Below are positions 1-10,500 of a stretch of 64,000 nt of DNA, piece by piece (the first letter of the stretch is position 1; the number at the start of each line of letters is the position of its first letter). Origin of the DNA: an uncultured Phycisphaerales bacterium (lineage in GTDB: Bacteria; Planctomycetota; Phycisphaerae; Tepidisphaerales; Tepidisphaeraceae); NCBI GenBank assembly GCA_963758525.1, contig CAVWVQ010000003.1, forward strand, positions 1,536,001 to 1,600,000. Reading direction: 5' to 3'. Position numbers and translations under genes: made by a program. A model generated the notes under the pieces. It searched no databases, had not been told where the DNA came from, and saw nothing but the letters and a program-made list of their open reading frames with translations.

Positions 1-60
1 TGCCAGCGATTTGGCGTGACGGGAGTAAGTTGTTTTGGCAATCGCAACGATGTTGTCCAT
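1..60 (-). CDS. N-terminus of probable ABC-2 type permease (runs off the window edge)
   Basis: The reverse strand reads MDNIVAIAKTTYSRHAKSLA from ATG at 60, with AGGGA upstream. The IxAIAxxT start is typical of ABC-2 permeases, and it lies directly downstream of an ABC ATPase. Confidence 0.55.
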   Translation of the reverse strand, partial: MDNIVAIAKTTYSRHAKSLA

Positions 61-170
61 ACGATTCCCTCATCTCGCGCGGGCGATACAGCGTTAACGC
101 GTATCAGCCGCGACTATTCCAAACGACCCTGTCGTGCATCCGCCTCAGCCCCGTCGGGATTCTCGAAGTG

Positions 171-998
171 TCAGTTCTCCAAACTTGAGCTTTCCAGCGA
201 TTCCCTACGAATCGATTCCATTGTTTGTTCAGCCAACGATGCGCCAAATCGTTCCTTGTTATCGTGATCGACCTTGTGAAAGAAATACTCCTCCAGCGAC
301 ATTCCAGGCATCTCTGAAAGCAGCTCTTTGGTGTCTCCGTCTGCGATCAGCCGGCCTTTATTGAGAATGCTCACGTGATCACACAAATCCTCCGCATCCG
401 ATAATATGTGACTTGAAAAGAATACTGTACAGCCGCTGTTCTTTAATTCCAGAAAAATCCGCTTCAGATCACGGCGGCCGTACGGATCCAGGCCATTGAG
501 CGGCTCATCCAGAATGACCAGTTCCGGGCGATTGATCAACGCCTGAGATATACCAAGTCGTTGCAGCATCCCGCGAGAAAATTCCCGGATTCCGCTGTCG
601 GCCCGATCTTTGAGTCCGGTCAGGGCCAGACATTGGTCCACGCGCGCCGCCAGCTCGCCGGCGGTGACCTTATGCACTTTTGCCATCACCCGCAGGAACT
701 CTGCCGCCTTCAAATGGGAAGGGAACGACGGATTTTCCGGCAGATATCCGATCCGCGAGCGAACGGCGTTGTTGGTAATTGGCTCCCCAAGGATTTTGGC
801 TGATCCGCCGGACGGATGGACCAGTCCGAGCAGAATTTTGATGGTCGTGCTTTTGCCAGCGCCATTGGGCCCAAGAAATCCAAAAATTTTCCCGCTCGGA
901 ACCGTCAAATCGAGGTGATCGAGCGAAGGGTTCTTTTTCTTGCTGAACCATCCCCCTTTGTATGTTTTTGTCAGCCCGATGATCTCGATGACGTTCAT
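171..998 (-). CDS. ABC transporter ATP-binding protein (exporter type)
   Basis: Walker A GPNGAGKS, signature FSRGMLQR, Walker B VILDEP, H-loop SSH. Start taken at MNVIEI (998). Confidence 0.93.
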   Translation of the reverse strand: MNVIEIIGLTKTYKGGWFSKKKNPSLDHLDLTVPSGKIFGFLGPNGAGKSTTIKILLGLVHPSGGSAKILGEPITNNAVRSRIGYLPENPSFPSHLKAAEFLRVMAKVHKVTAGELAARVDQCLALTGLKDRADSGIREFSRGMLQRLGISQALINRPELVILDEPLNGLDPYGRRDLKRIFLELKNSGCTVFFSSHILSDAEDLCDHVSILNKGRLIADGDTKELLSEMPGMSLEEYFFHKVDHDNKERFGASLAEQTMESIRRESLESSSLEN

Positions 999-1327
999 GG
1001 TCGTTCGCGATCTGCCGCCAAAAGAGCCGGTCTTCCACCCCCCGGCACTGCATAATGCCGCCGCCGGCAGCATGGTAACACAGGACGAGTCTGAATCGCC
1101 AGTAAATAGCGTTTACGCCGGTGGATTGAGCTTGCGAATTTGCGGCCGCAATTGGTGGTGCGGGCTTCCAGCCTGCACAGCAGCCGCGCAAACGCAGTTT
1201 GCTCCTCGTCGCCCGAAAATTCGGGCATCTCCATGAATTTGCCGGCGGCAATTGTACTTATCTCACCAGCCCGGCTCGCGAAACGCGCCCAGCGATTGTG
1301 ACCAATCAGGGCTGATGCCGGCCGGCG

Positions 1328-1843
1328 CTACTTCTGGAGGGCAATGGCCATCTCAAGATGATGCTTCAGCGTCGGTAGCGTCTCCTCGGCGAAGCCTTTG
1401 ACGGCGGTCTGGGTCCCCTCGCCGGCTTCCTTCTCGAACGCGGCGACGTCTTTTTTGTGATCTTCGACCATCTGCGCGACATATGCCTTGTCGAACTCGG
1501 CCCCCTTGAGCTTCTCCAGACGGTCCAACACCTTTTGATCTTCGTCGCTTAGTTCCCTGGGAAATTCGATCCCCTTCCGGGAGGCGATTTCCTTCAGCTT
1601 GTCGTTGGCTTTTTTGTGATCGTCGACCATGTGCTCGCCGAACTTTTTCACCGCGTCGCTGGAGGCATTGGCAGATGCGTATTCGCCGAGCCTGACTTCG
1701 GCCATGCCGCCGCTGGCAGCCTCCTTGACGAACTGCTTGTCCTGGGCCGATGGAGCATCGGCTTGCGCAAAGGCAGTTGCAGCTGGTCCGGTGATTGCCG
1801 TGACGCAGACGATCGCCAACGATTTCAACATGGTGTTGCTCAT
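1328..1843 (-). CDS. DUF4142 domain secreted protein (ferritin-like)
   Basis: Signal peptide, then DxxFVxxAAxGGMAEVxLG...FGEHMVxDH...FDxAYVxxMVEDHKKDV...TLPTLKHHL. Its start overlaps the larB stop (ATGA). Confidence 0.88.
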   Translation of the reverse strand: MSNTMLKSLAIVCVTAITGPAATAFAQADAPSAQDKQFVKEAASGGMAEVRLGEYASANASSDAVKKFGEHMVDDHKKANDKLKEIASRKGIEFPRELSDEDQKVLDRLEKLKGAEFDKAYVAQMVEDHKKDVAAFEKEAGEGTQTAVKGFAEETLPTLKHHLEMAIALQK

Positions 1844-2625
1844 TTCGACCTGTGGCTCTGTAAGTCATGTCCGGAAGTTGCGTTGAGGATCGAAGCCGCG
1901 AGGCAGGCGGCGCCAAAGCCGTTGTCGATGTTGACCACTCCGACTCCCGGCGCGCAGCCGCTGAGCATTCCCAGGAGAGCGGCCACCCCGCCGAAGCCCG
2001 CGCCGTATCCGACGGAAGTCGGCACTGCGATGACCGGCGCCGAGATCAGACCGGCCACCACGCTTGGCAGCGCGCCTTCCATTCCCGCGATGACAATCAC
2101 AGCCCTGGCCCGGCGCAACATCGGCAACTGCGCCAGAAGCCGGTGAATTCCCGCGACGCCGACATCGTGAATCTGCGGAGCGGAAAATCCGATCATCTCC
2201 AATGTGACGGCCGCCTCCGCGGCGACGGGGATGTCGCTGGTTCCGGCGGTCATAATCAACGCCCCTTCCCGCAGGGTCGCGACCAGCGCGCGTTCGAGAA
2301 AAATACACCTTGCGACAGGATGGTATTTGCAATCGGGGACCAGACGTTGCGTCGCCGTGAACTGTTCCTGGTCGGCCCGGGTTCCCAGGACACGATCGGT
2401 TTTCGCGGCCATGCATTCGAAGATGGCGGCCACCTGCTCGGGGGTTTTGCCGGCGCAGTAGATTGCCTCGGGAATACCCCGCCGAAACGCGCGGTGATGG
2501 TCCACCTTGGCGAAGCCATCCACCGCCTCGAACGGGAGAGTTCGCAGGGCGGCAACGCCCTGATCGATGCTGCAGCGAGCGGAAGCCACCTCCTCCAGAA
2601 GCTGTCGTACTGCGGATTCGTCCAT
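1840..2625 (-). CDS. larB: nickel-pincer cofactor biosynthesis carboxylase/hydrolase LarB
   Basis: Motifs FAKVDHHRxxRxGxPEAIY, AGTSDIPVA, DVGVAGIHRL, AGMEGALPSVV, PTSVGYG, VVNIDNGFGAA. Confidence 0.95.
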   Translation of the reverse strand: MDESAVRQLLEEVASARCSIDQGVAALRTLPFEAVDGFAKVDHHRAFRRGIPEAIYCAGKTPEQVAAIFECMAAKTDRVLGTRADQEQFTATQRLVPDCKYHPVARCIFLERALVATLREGALIMTAGTSDIPVAAEAAVTLEMIGFSAPQIHDVGVAGIHRLLAQLPMLRRARAVIVIAGMEGALPSVVAGLISAPVIAVPTSVGYGAGFGGVAALLGMLSGCAPGVGVVNIDNGFGAACLAASILNATSGHDLQSHRSK

Positions 2626-2639
2626 GGGAACTCGATCGT

Positions 2640-3725
2640 TCAGAGAGGGAGTTCCTCCGACGGCGGATAGCTGTGCTGCTTTCGGCCCACCGCTCCGTCA
2701 AATTTCTTGGTCGATTTGTACAGTTCAAAATGCCCGTCGCCCGCGGCGGGAGCGCAGCGCTGCCGCAACTGGTCCATCTCTTGTTCCGCGTACGGCTGAA
2801 ATCCCCGCGCCACCGCAAGATTTTGATGCAGCACATCGAGCGAATCGATTCCGCTGATGGTGACCGACACCGGGAGGCTCATCGCGTAGCGCAACGCCTC
2901 CTGCACCGTGATGGGCATATCAATCACCGGCTGCCCACCGCCGCAAAGGCTTTTCATTCCGAACACGGCCATCCCCCGGCCGGTCGCTTCGGGGAGCACC
3001 ATCCGCTCGAAGCTCCGGTAGCTCGCGTCGAAGCAGTTCAGAGGCATTTGGATGCTGTCGAAGGGATAGCCATGGGAAAGCATCTTCAGATGAATGCGAG
3101 GATCCTTGTGGCCGGTGAATCCGACGAACCGCGCTTTGCCGGCTTTTTTGGCTTCATCGAGCGCCTCCACGACGCCCCCCTTGGCGAAGTGCCAGTCAGG
3201 ATCGTTGAAATAGACGCATTCGTGAATCTGCCAGAAGTCCAGGTGATCGGTCTTCAGCCGGCGCAGCGAATCCTCGAGTTGCTGCATCGCGACTTTTTTG
3301 TCGCGCCCGTGCGTGCAGACCTTGGTCATGAGGATCACTTTGTCGCGCAGCCCCGCGAGGCATTCGCCCATCCATTCCTCGCTGCGGCCCTCGTGATATT
3401 CCCAGGCGTTGTCGAAGAAAGTAACGCCGGCGTCGACCGCCTCCCGGACGATCTGCCTGGCCTCATTCAGATCGCGCACATCAGCAAGGCTGTAGCCGCC
3501 CAAGCCGATGGCTGAAACCTGCAGGCCGGTGCGGCCCAGCGTCTTCCGCGGAATCGCCTGGGAGCTGCCGGCGCTCTGGTCCGAGCCTGAAGCGGATGGC
3601 GCGGCAAGCGCGGCGCCCGACAACAACGCTCCAGAAGCGAGAGTTGCCGCGGCGTGGCCCAGGAATTCCCGCCGGGCGGGATGGGGAGCGGACGGAGGTT
3701 GTGGATGTATTTGAGCGGTAGTCAT
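2640..3725 (-). CDS. aldo/keto reductase with Tat signal peptide
   Basis: Twin-arginine motif RREFL; LGRTGLQVSAIGLG; FFDNAWEY (Asp/Tyr), MTK (Lys), LxTDHLDFWQIH (His), GFTGH. Confidence 0.92.
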   Translation of the reverse strand: MTTAQIHPQPPSAPHPARREFLGHAAATLASGALLSGAALAAPSASGSDQSAGSSQAIPRKTLGRTGLQVSAIGLGGYSLADVRDLNEARQIVREAVDAGVTFFDNAWEYHEGRSEEWMGECLAGLRDKVILMTKVCTHGRDKKVAMQQLEDSLRRLKTDHLDFWQIHECVYFNDPDWHFAKGGVVEALDEAKKAGKARFVGFTGHKDPRIHLKMLSHGYPFDSIQMPLNCFDASYRSFERMVLPEATGRGMAVFGMKSLCGGGQPVIDMPITVQEALRYAMSLPVSVTISGIDSLDVLHQNLAVARGFQPYAEQEMDQLRQRCAPAAGDGHFELYKSTKKFDGAVGRKQHSYPPSEELPL

Positions 3726-3752
3726 GGATCTGTGCGTTTGTGGAAAGAGAAC

Positions 3753-4900
3753 TCATTGCGGGGATGCCGTCAGGTTGCCCTCGAACATGTCTTTGACCTC
3801 CTTCTGCTGCTGGTCGAGCGCGAAATGATGGACCAGCCGGGCCTGCGGATTGTCATAGGCAAGCGAGACTTTATAGAGTTCAAAACGACCGTCGCCGGCC
3901 AATAGGGCGCACTTGCTTCGCAGTGAGTCCATCTCTTGCGACGAGAGGGGTTGAAAGTTCTGAGCGAGCTGCAGATTCTGGCGGAGGATTTCGGGCGAAT
4001 CGATGCCCGCAATGGTGGTGGCCACGGGAAGACTCATCGCGTAGCGCAGCATTTCCTCCGCCTGGATCACGCCGGTTGTGACTGCCTTGGCATTTCCGTT
4101 CATCGGCTTCATTCCCAACGGCGCGATTCCGCGCCGAGTCAGCTCCGGCAAGACGATCTGTTCAAAACTCTGGAAGTTCGCGTCAAACGGATTGAGCGGC
4201 ATCTGAACGGCGTCAAACGGGTAGCCCATCTGCACCATCCGCAGATGAATCGCGGGGTCCTTATGACCGGTGAATCCGACGAAGCGGACTTTTCCCTGCT
4301 TCTTTGCCAGGTCGAGTGCTTCCAGCACGCCGCCTTTGGCGTACGCCAGGTCGGGATCATTGTCGAACGTCACGCCATGCACTTGCCACAGGTCAAGATG
4401 ATCGGTCTGCAGCCGGCGGAGAGACTGCTCCAGCATTTCCATCGCCAGTTCCGCGCCGCGGCCGTGCGTGCAGACTTTGGTCATCAGAAAAACATTGTCG
4501 CGCAGACCGGCCAGCACCGGCCCATCCAATTTTCGCTTTTGCCGTTGTGGTATTCCCAGCAGTTGTCGAAAAAAGTGATGCCACCTTCCACGGCCTCATG
4601 CACGAGGCTGATGGCGTCTTCCACAGTTGGAAGGTCACCGAGGTGATGCCCGCCCAGTCCAAGCGCCGACACTTTCACGTCCGCTGCCCGGCCGAAGGGC
4701 CGGAGCGGAATCGCGCCCGCACGATTGATCGCCCCTGCCCCGCCGGCTTGAGCAGCCACCGCGCGCGATCCGCTCGCCAGACCTAAACCCGCGATTCCCG
4801 CGGCTTTGAGGAAATGACGGCGATGCAACATCGCTCCGTTTTCTACGTCGACGGCTTCTGGGGCGACGTCGCTCATCCGATCCTTCGATTCATCACTCAT
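3753..4900 (-). CDS. aldo/keto reductase paralog with Tat signal peptide (frameshift near 4518, probably a sequencing error)
   Basis: ORF 4484..4900 (RRHFL, VSALGLGG, FFDNCWEY) continues in ORF 3753..4529 (MTKVCTHGR, TDHLDLWQVH, GFTGHKDP). It is colinear with the adjacent AKR. Confidence 0.88.
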
Positions 4901-5047
4901 GGCTGATCCTCACGGGACGCGGGCGAAACTAACACTGCCCAACATGTGCGCCTACCGACAAAAAACCTGAGTTGCATGAAAAATTCTGCCGCTCCGTAAG
5001 CAAGCACGGGTTCGTACGATTCGTCATCGGAAAAGGTCCATCAAACT

Positions 5048-5887
5048 ATGACATCCGCGACGAACTCGACATGGCCGCAACGACTTAATTCCTCAGCCGA
5101 CCATACTGATCTGCAGCGCCTGCGTTCCTGGCTGCGATCCATTACATCGGCGTTGATCGCGTATTCCGGGGGAGTCGACAGCGCTTTGGTGATGGCAGTT
5201 GCGCATGAGCAACTCGGCGAACGGGCCCTGGCCTGTATCGGAGTATCGCCCAGCTACCCGCAGCGCGAGCTGAAGAACGCGGTTGGTTTGGCAGAGCGCC
5301 TGGGCGTACGGTACCGGCTGGTTCAAACACAAGAGCATTTGAATCCCAGCTATACGGCGAATCCCGGCAATCGCTGTTACTTCTGCAAAAGCGAGCTGTA
5401 CGCCTGTTTGCAAAAGATTGCGGCAGAAGAGTCCGCCGAGGCGATCCTCGACGGCACCAACGCGTCGGACCTGGGCGATCATCGGCCGGGTTATGCGGCG
5501 GCGAAGGAACGCGGCGTCCGCTCCCCGCTGGCGGAGCTTGGATTCAGCAAGCAGGACGTGCGGAACGTTGCCCGCGAATCGGGGCTGCCGGTCTGGGACA
5601 AGCCGGCATCTCCCTGTCTGGCGTCGCGCGTGCCGACGGGCATTGCGGTGGTGCCGGAGCTGCTGCGGCGGATCGAAGCCTCGGAGGATGTGCTGGTCCG
5701 TCTTGGCTTCAGGGATTTTCGCGTGCGTCATCATGGCGATGTCGCTCGTGTGGAGCTGCCGGTCGACGCCATGCACAGAGCGCTCGACATGCGGGCTGAT
5801 ATTGTCGAGGGAATTCGCGCCGCCGGCTATCGCTTCGTCTGTCTCGATTTGGGGGGATTCAAAAGCGGATCGTTGAATGCCACGTAA
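5048..5887 (+). CDS. larE: ATP-dependent sulfur transferase LarE
   Basis: PP-loop AYSGGVDS, RCYFCK, DGTNxxDLGDHRPG, SPCLASR, RVRHHG, DLGGFKSGSLN. Confidence 0.95.
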   Translation: MTSATNSTWPQRLNSSADHTDLQRLRSWLRSITSALIAYSGGVDSALVMAVAHEQLGERALACIGVSPSYPQRELKNAVGLAERLGVRYRLVQTQEHLNPSYTANPGNRCYFCKSELYACLQKIAAEESAEAILDGTNASDLGDHRPGYAAAKERGVRSPLAELGFSKQDVRNVARESGLPVWDKPASPCLASRVPTGIAVVPELLRRIEASEDVLVRLGFRDFRVRHHGDVARVELPVDAMHRALDMRADIVEGIRAAGYRFVCLDLGGFKSGSLNAT

Positions 5888-5916
5888 TTGCCCAAGCTTC
5901 TCCCTGAGTGCGACTC

Positions 5917-7135
5917 ATGATTGCTTATCTCGATCTTCCATCGGGCCTCTCCGGCGACATGCTACTCGGCTGCCTGATTGATTGCGGCTGGAGCGTCGAA
6001 CGACTTCGGAACACCATCGATTCTCTGTCTTTGTCAGCCGAAGAATGGGCCGTTGCTGTGCAGACCGTGGTGAAAGGGTCGCTCCGCGCCATGCGCGTGG
6101 ATGTCCTGGTGGACGAAGGGCGACATCAGCGGCGGCTGGCGGACATTGCCGGAATCATTGGGGCGTCGACGTTGCCGCCGTCGATTTGCGAACGGGCCAT
6201 CGCCGTGTTCACCCGGCTGGCCAACGCCGAAGCGAGAGTGCATGGCGTATCGCCCGAGCAGATTCATTTTCATGAAGTCGGCGCGATGGATGCGATCGTC
6301 GACATCGTGGCTTCCATTGCCGGGCTGCAGGACCTCGGCATCGAGAAGCTGTATGCGTCGCCGGTGCCATTGGGGCCGGGCTGGACCAACTCCGCGCACG
6401 GCCAACTTCCCCTGCCGGCGCCCGCGACGCTCGAGCTTCTCGCCGCCGCCAACGCGCCGACCCGGCCCGCGCCCGGTCCGGGCGAACTGCTGACGCCCAC
6501 CGCTGCCGCGCTGCTTGCCGAGCTGGCGACGTTTGAGCAGCCGGCCTTTACCCTTTCGCGCGTTGGCGTCGGCGCCGGGCAGCGGGACTTTGCCTGGCCG
6601 AATATTGCCCGCATGTGGCTTGGGCACGGCGAACGATCTCACCCGCTGGTGCAATTGGAAACCAATATCGACGACATGAATCCACAGATCTACGCCGCCG
6701 TGAGCGACAGGCTTTTTGCCGCCGGCGCGGGATGTCTGGCTCACGCCGGTGCAGATGAAAAAAGGGCGTCCGGGTGTGGTCCTGAGCGTGCTGGGCAGCG
6801 CCGACGATGAACAGATGTTGGCGGACATTCTTCTTCGGCAGACGACGACGCTTGGCGTTCGCGTCCAATCCATCCCGCATCGGCACACTGCCCGGCGCGA
6901 AATTCGCGAGGTCACTACGCCGTTCGGTGAACTGCATGTGAAGGTGAAGTGGATCGGCGACGAGCCAATCGGCGTTTCGCCGGAATACGAAGATTGCCGG
7001 CTTGCGGCGGATCGACACGGGGCTTCGATTCTCGAGGTTCAACAGTGCGCGATCGCGGTGGGACACGCGCTCCTTGCTAAGCTGCGCAAGGATTTTGCTA
7101 CTGAACTGTGTAGCGAGCGTTCCAGATCCGCGTAA
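5917..7135 (+). CDS. larC: nickel insertase LarC (frameshift near 6729, probably a sequencing error)
   Basis: YLDxxSGLSGDMLLG, HFHEVGAMDAIVD, GELLTPT and ETNIDD in the first frame; MKKGRPG, TTTLGVR and PEYEDC in the second frame (ORF 6716..7135). Confidence 0.92.
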
Positions 7136-7217
7136 CCGATCGCCAAGGTCCGATCGACGGGGGACAATGGATCGCGGGCGGATGGTCCGGATCTCTTCAC
7201 ACCACATGGTGATGATT

Positions 7218-7499
7218 TCACATTCCCGACAACCGCCCATGACCGTTCGTCGCATTTTCGGTCCGCGGAGGCAGCCGCTCGGTGGTTCTGCCGTAGGTGA
7301 TGTTATTCGGCGCGCGCACGAAACGGTTCGGCACGCACCACGTTTGCCCCGTTTCATCCATATCGATGATCCAAACGATGTCGTCGTCACGATGGCCTGG
7401 TTCCACCAGATTTGCGACACCTTTTCCGGTCGGCCCGCGCCAGCCTGCCCCGCCCACGACAATCCGCGCAAGCGGAGGGTTTAATTGAAGCATGCTCAA
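7218..7499 (-). CDS. small hypothetical protein
   Basis: 93-aa ORF MLQLNPPL...GKGVA...DDDIVWIIDMDETGQTWCVPNRFVRAPNNITYGR fills the larC-treY gap and has protein-like composition. Confidence 0.6.
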   Translation of the reverse strand: MSMLQLNPPLARIVVGGAGWRGPTGKGVANLVEPGHRDDDIVWIIDMDETGQTWCVPNRFVRAPNNITYGRTTERLPPRTENATNGHGRLSGM

Positions 7500-7570
7500 C
7501 AGACATCAAACGAAATGCCAGCGAAGAGGCAAACACAGTTGAGCTCGCCTAATCTTGAGAACGCTCGCGT

Positions 7571-10500
7571 TTATTCGGCGATCAAGAGGGCGACCGGGCA
7601 GTCCTTAAACAAATTCGCGGCAAGCAGGACTTGTTCTGACCACTGTACGGGAGCGTTTGTCAGGGCATTGCGAAAGGCGCGGCGCATCGCGATTGCCGGC
7701 AGTTCGAGAAATGTGTCGCCCCACGGACTTTCCGCGCCCGATTTGTCCGACGTGCCGCCCAGACCGGAAACCAGCCGCGGTACCGCGATGATGGCGACGC
7801 GTTCTCCGTCAGAGCGGGCGAAGGCGAAGAGATGCGCGGACATGGTTCCGCTTACCTGAAGAGGTAGATACTCACCGACGGTGAAGAGATTGCCGTATTG
7901 CTTGCGAAGCTCCAGAGCGGTCCGGTGAACGTGCAGTTTCAGCCGGCCAGGATCCGATTGGGCTAAATGTTTGACGTCAGGCGGCTCGGCCTGCGAATGG
8001 TACAGCTCTTTGACGACGCGCTGCCGGCGGGCGAAGTCCACCGGCCGGCGGTTGTCAGGATCCACCAGGCTGAAATCCAGAAGCTCGTTGCCCTGATACG
8101 TGTCAGGGACGCCTGGCGCCGTGAGCTTGATGAGCGTCTGCGACAGAGAATTGATGACTCCGTTTTCGCTGACCGTTTTCTGAAAGCTCCGGAAATCCGC
8201 GAGGAACTCGCCCGACCGGGATTCATCCAGAATCGTTTCAATGAAGCTGTTCACCGCCGCTTCGCGTTTGAGATTTGGATCGATCCAGCTCGTGAAGACT
8301 TTGGCCTCACGCATTGATTTCAGCATGCAGGCCTGGACTCGCTCTTTAAAGGATCCGAGTTCCCGCGAATCGGCCGGCCATGCGCCCAGCAGCGTTTGAT
8401 AGAGCGCATATTCTTCGTTGCGATCGGGCACTTGGACGCCTTCGAGCGTGGCGCGGTGCCGGGCATTGAGGCCCCCCCACCGCCGCAGGCGGCTGTGCCA
8501 TTCCTCGGGCATTTCCGACAGCACGTTCAGGCGCGCGCGAACGTCTTCGCTGCGTTTGGTGTCGTGCGTGGAGAGCGTCGACATGGAATGCGGCCAGCGG
8601 TGCTGGCGTTCCGTGAAGAATTCGTGCAGTTGCTGCGGAGAGACGCCAAACCGCGACGGTTCGCCACCCACTTCGTTGAGCGACAACAGGCGGTTGTAAA
8701 CGTAGAAGGCGGTATCTTCGACGCCTTTTGCCATCACCGGGGAAGTGAGCTGCTGGAACTTCCCGGCAAAATGCCGGGCGTGTTTCAACCGGTCGTCACT
8801 CACGTTTTCGCCCGGCTGAAGCAGCAGCGTGTCGCGGATAAAATGGAAGACCGCTGGCGCGGTTTTTGGGTTGCGTGCAACGGCGCTGGCGGTGGCTTGC
8901 TCGATATATCGAATGTCAGCGGCCGATGCCCCGCGATCATCGATGTACGAACGATAGACCGGGAAACAGGCAACCACCTCCTTCAGGGCGGCAGACAATC
9001 CGTGGAAAGAGAAATCGATCCCGTAGCGGCTTCGCTCGGCAATTCGCTTCAATTCCGCGGCCAGCATGTTGACTTCACTGGCCAGGCTGATTTCCAGAAT
9101 CAGCTTCTTTTTTTCATACACCAGATCGGCGCAGGCGGCGTCGATGCCGGTCCACTCGCGATAGAGCTGATCGAATGCGCCGGCAGAGTCGGCATCCACG
9201 AACAGCCCGTTGGTCATGTTCAGGAAGTCATATCCGCTGGTGCCATGGATCGGCCAGGTATCCGGGATCGATTCATCGAGAGCGAGGATCTTTTCCGCCA
9301 GGATATAAAGGTCTGGCGTGTTGTCGGCGTCGAGAAAGGAAGCACTCTTTTCTTCTGCCATGGTACTCGGTGGGAGGGCTCGGGTGGGGGCTGAGGTTGG
9401 AAGCGGCGTGCCAGTCCGAACCCGGCCCCCACCTCGATCCTCCCCCGGAATACCAGGGGAGGAGGGAAGAGGCGGCGCTTCTTCGGTGTGGCTCGATTCA
9501 CCGACGAGCAGATTGATCCGATCGAGCAGAAGCGGCTCTAGCTCGTTCCATTGGGAATCGAGCAGACGCGGCACGTTAGGGGAATCGTCTTGTCCCCTCC
9601 CCTGGTACTCCGGGGGAGGGTTAGGGTAGGGGCGAGTCGCGATTGCAGAATGCGCGTCCGGCGCTAGTCCGCCATCCAACGCGACGCTGCCCTCATCCCT
9701 GCCCTCCCCTCTTCGAGCCTGAGCCTCAGAGCGGAAGGCCGCAGTACCTGCGGCGGGAGAAAGCGGTATCGAGGCCGCCGCGATCTCTCTGGCGACTGCC
9801 AGCAGGTAATGCGTCTGCAGACGCCGGAAGTAGGTGCGCGGATCGTACAGCCCGTCGGGGTGATCGATCCGCAGGCCGGCGATGTGATGTTTCGCGAGCA
9901 GGCCGAGAATAAAACCATGTGTCGCCTCAAACACTTCCAGTCGTTCCATGGCCAGGGCGGCCAGGTCGTTCACGTCAAAGAAGCGGCGGTAGTTGATTTC
10001 GTCCGGCGCGGTTTTCCACGAGGCAAGGCGGAAACACTGATGTCGAAGCAGATCATCCAGCTGGTCGAAGCTTCGCGGCACGCCGGGAGTGCCGTTGAAT
10101 GCGTCCACGTTCTTCGCCATGAAACTTCGAATCGCCTCGTTTTCGGCTGTCAGCTTTGAGAGCCGGCGCTTGAGTTCTTCTTTGGCTCGGTGGCGCTCGA
10201 CCGCGCCCGCGGAACCCTCGCAGCGATCGGGAAGCTGCTCACAGGCATGAACAATTGAACGGAATTCCGCGAGCGCGGATTCGCTCACATTGATGGAACC
10301 GACGTCACCTCCAAGGATCCTCGGCCATGTGCGCGGGGAGAGCGGAAACCGGCGATCGTGATACGCGGCCACAAACGCGGCGTTGTCGAAGAGAAGACGC
10401 AGGTTCCCCTGTTCCAACTCGTCGCCATAGGTCGACCCAAGCGTCGCGAGAAGAACTCTTCCCTTCAGATCGGTTTGCGGCGAGCCTTCCCAATTGATAT

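Noticed and set aside
6716..6740. larC split as the programmed larC1/larC2 frameshift known from Lactobacillus
   Set aside because: The break falls inside the conserved AGARDVW segment (GCG CGG read as GCGGG) with no slippery run, and it matches the window-wide error pattern.
9355..9770. Intein in TreY
   Set aside because: No Cys/Ser start with His-Asn end and no LAGLIDADG motifs. The insert is explained by DNA repeats.
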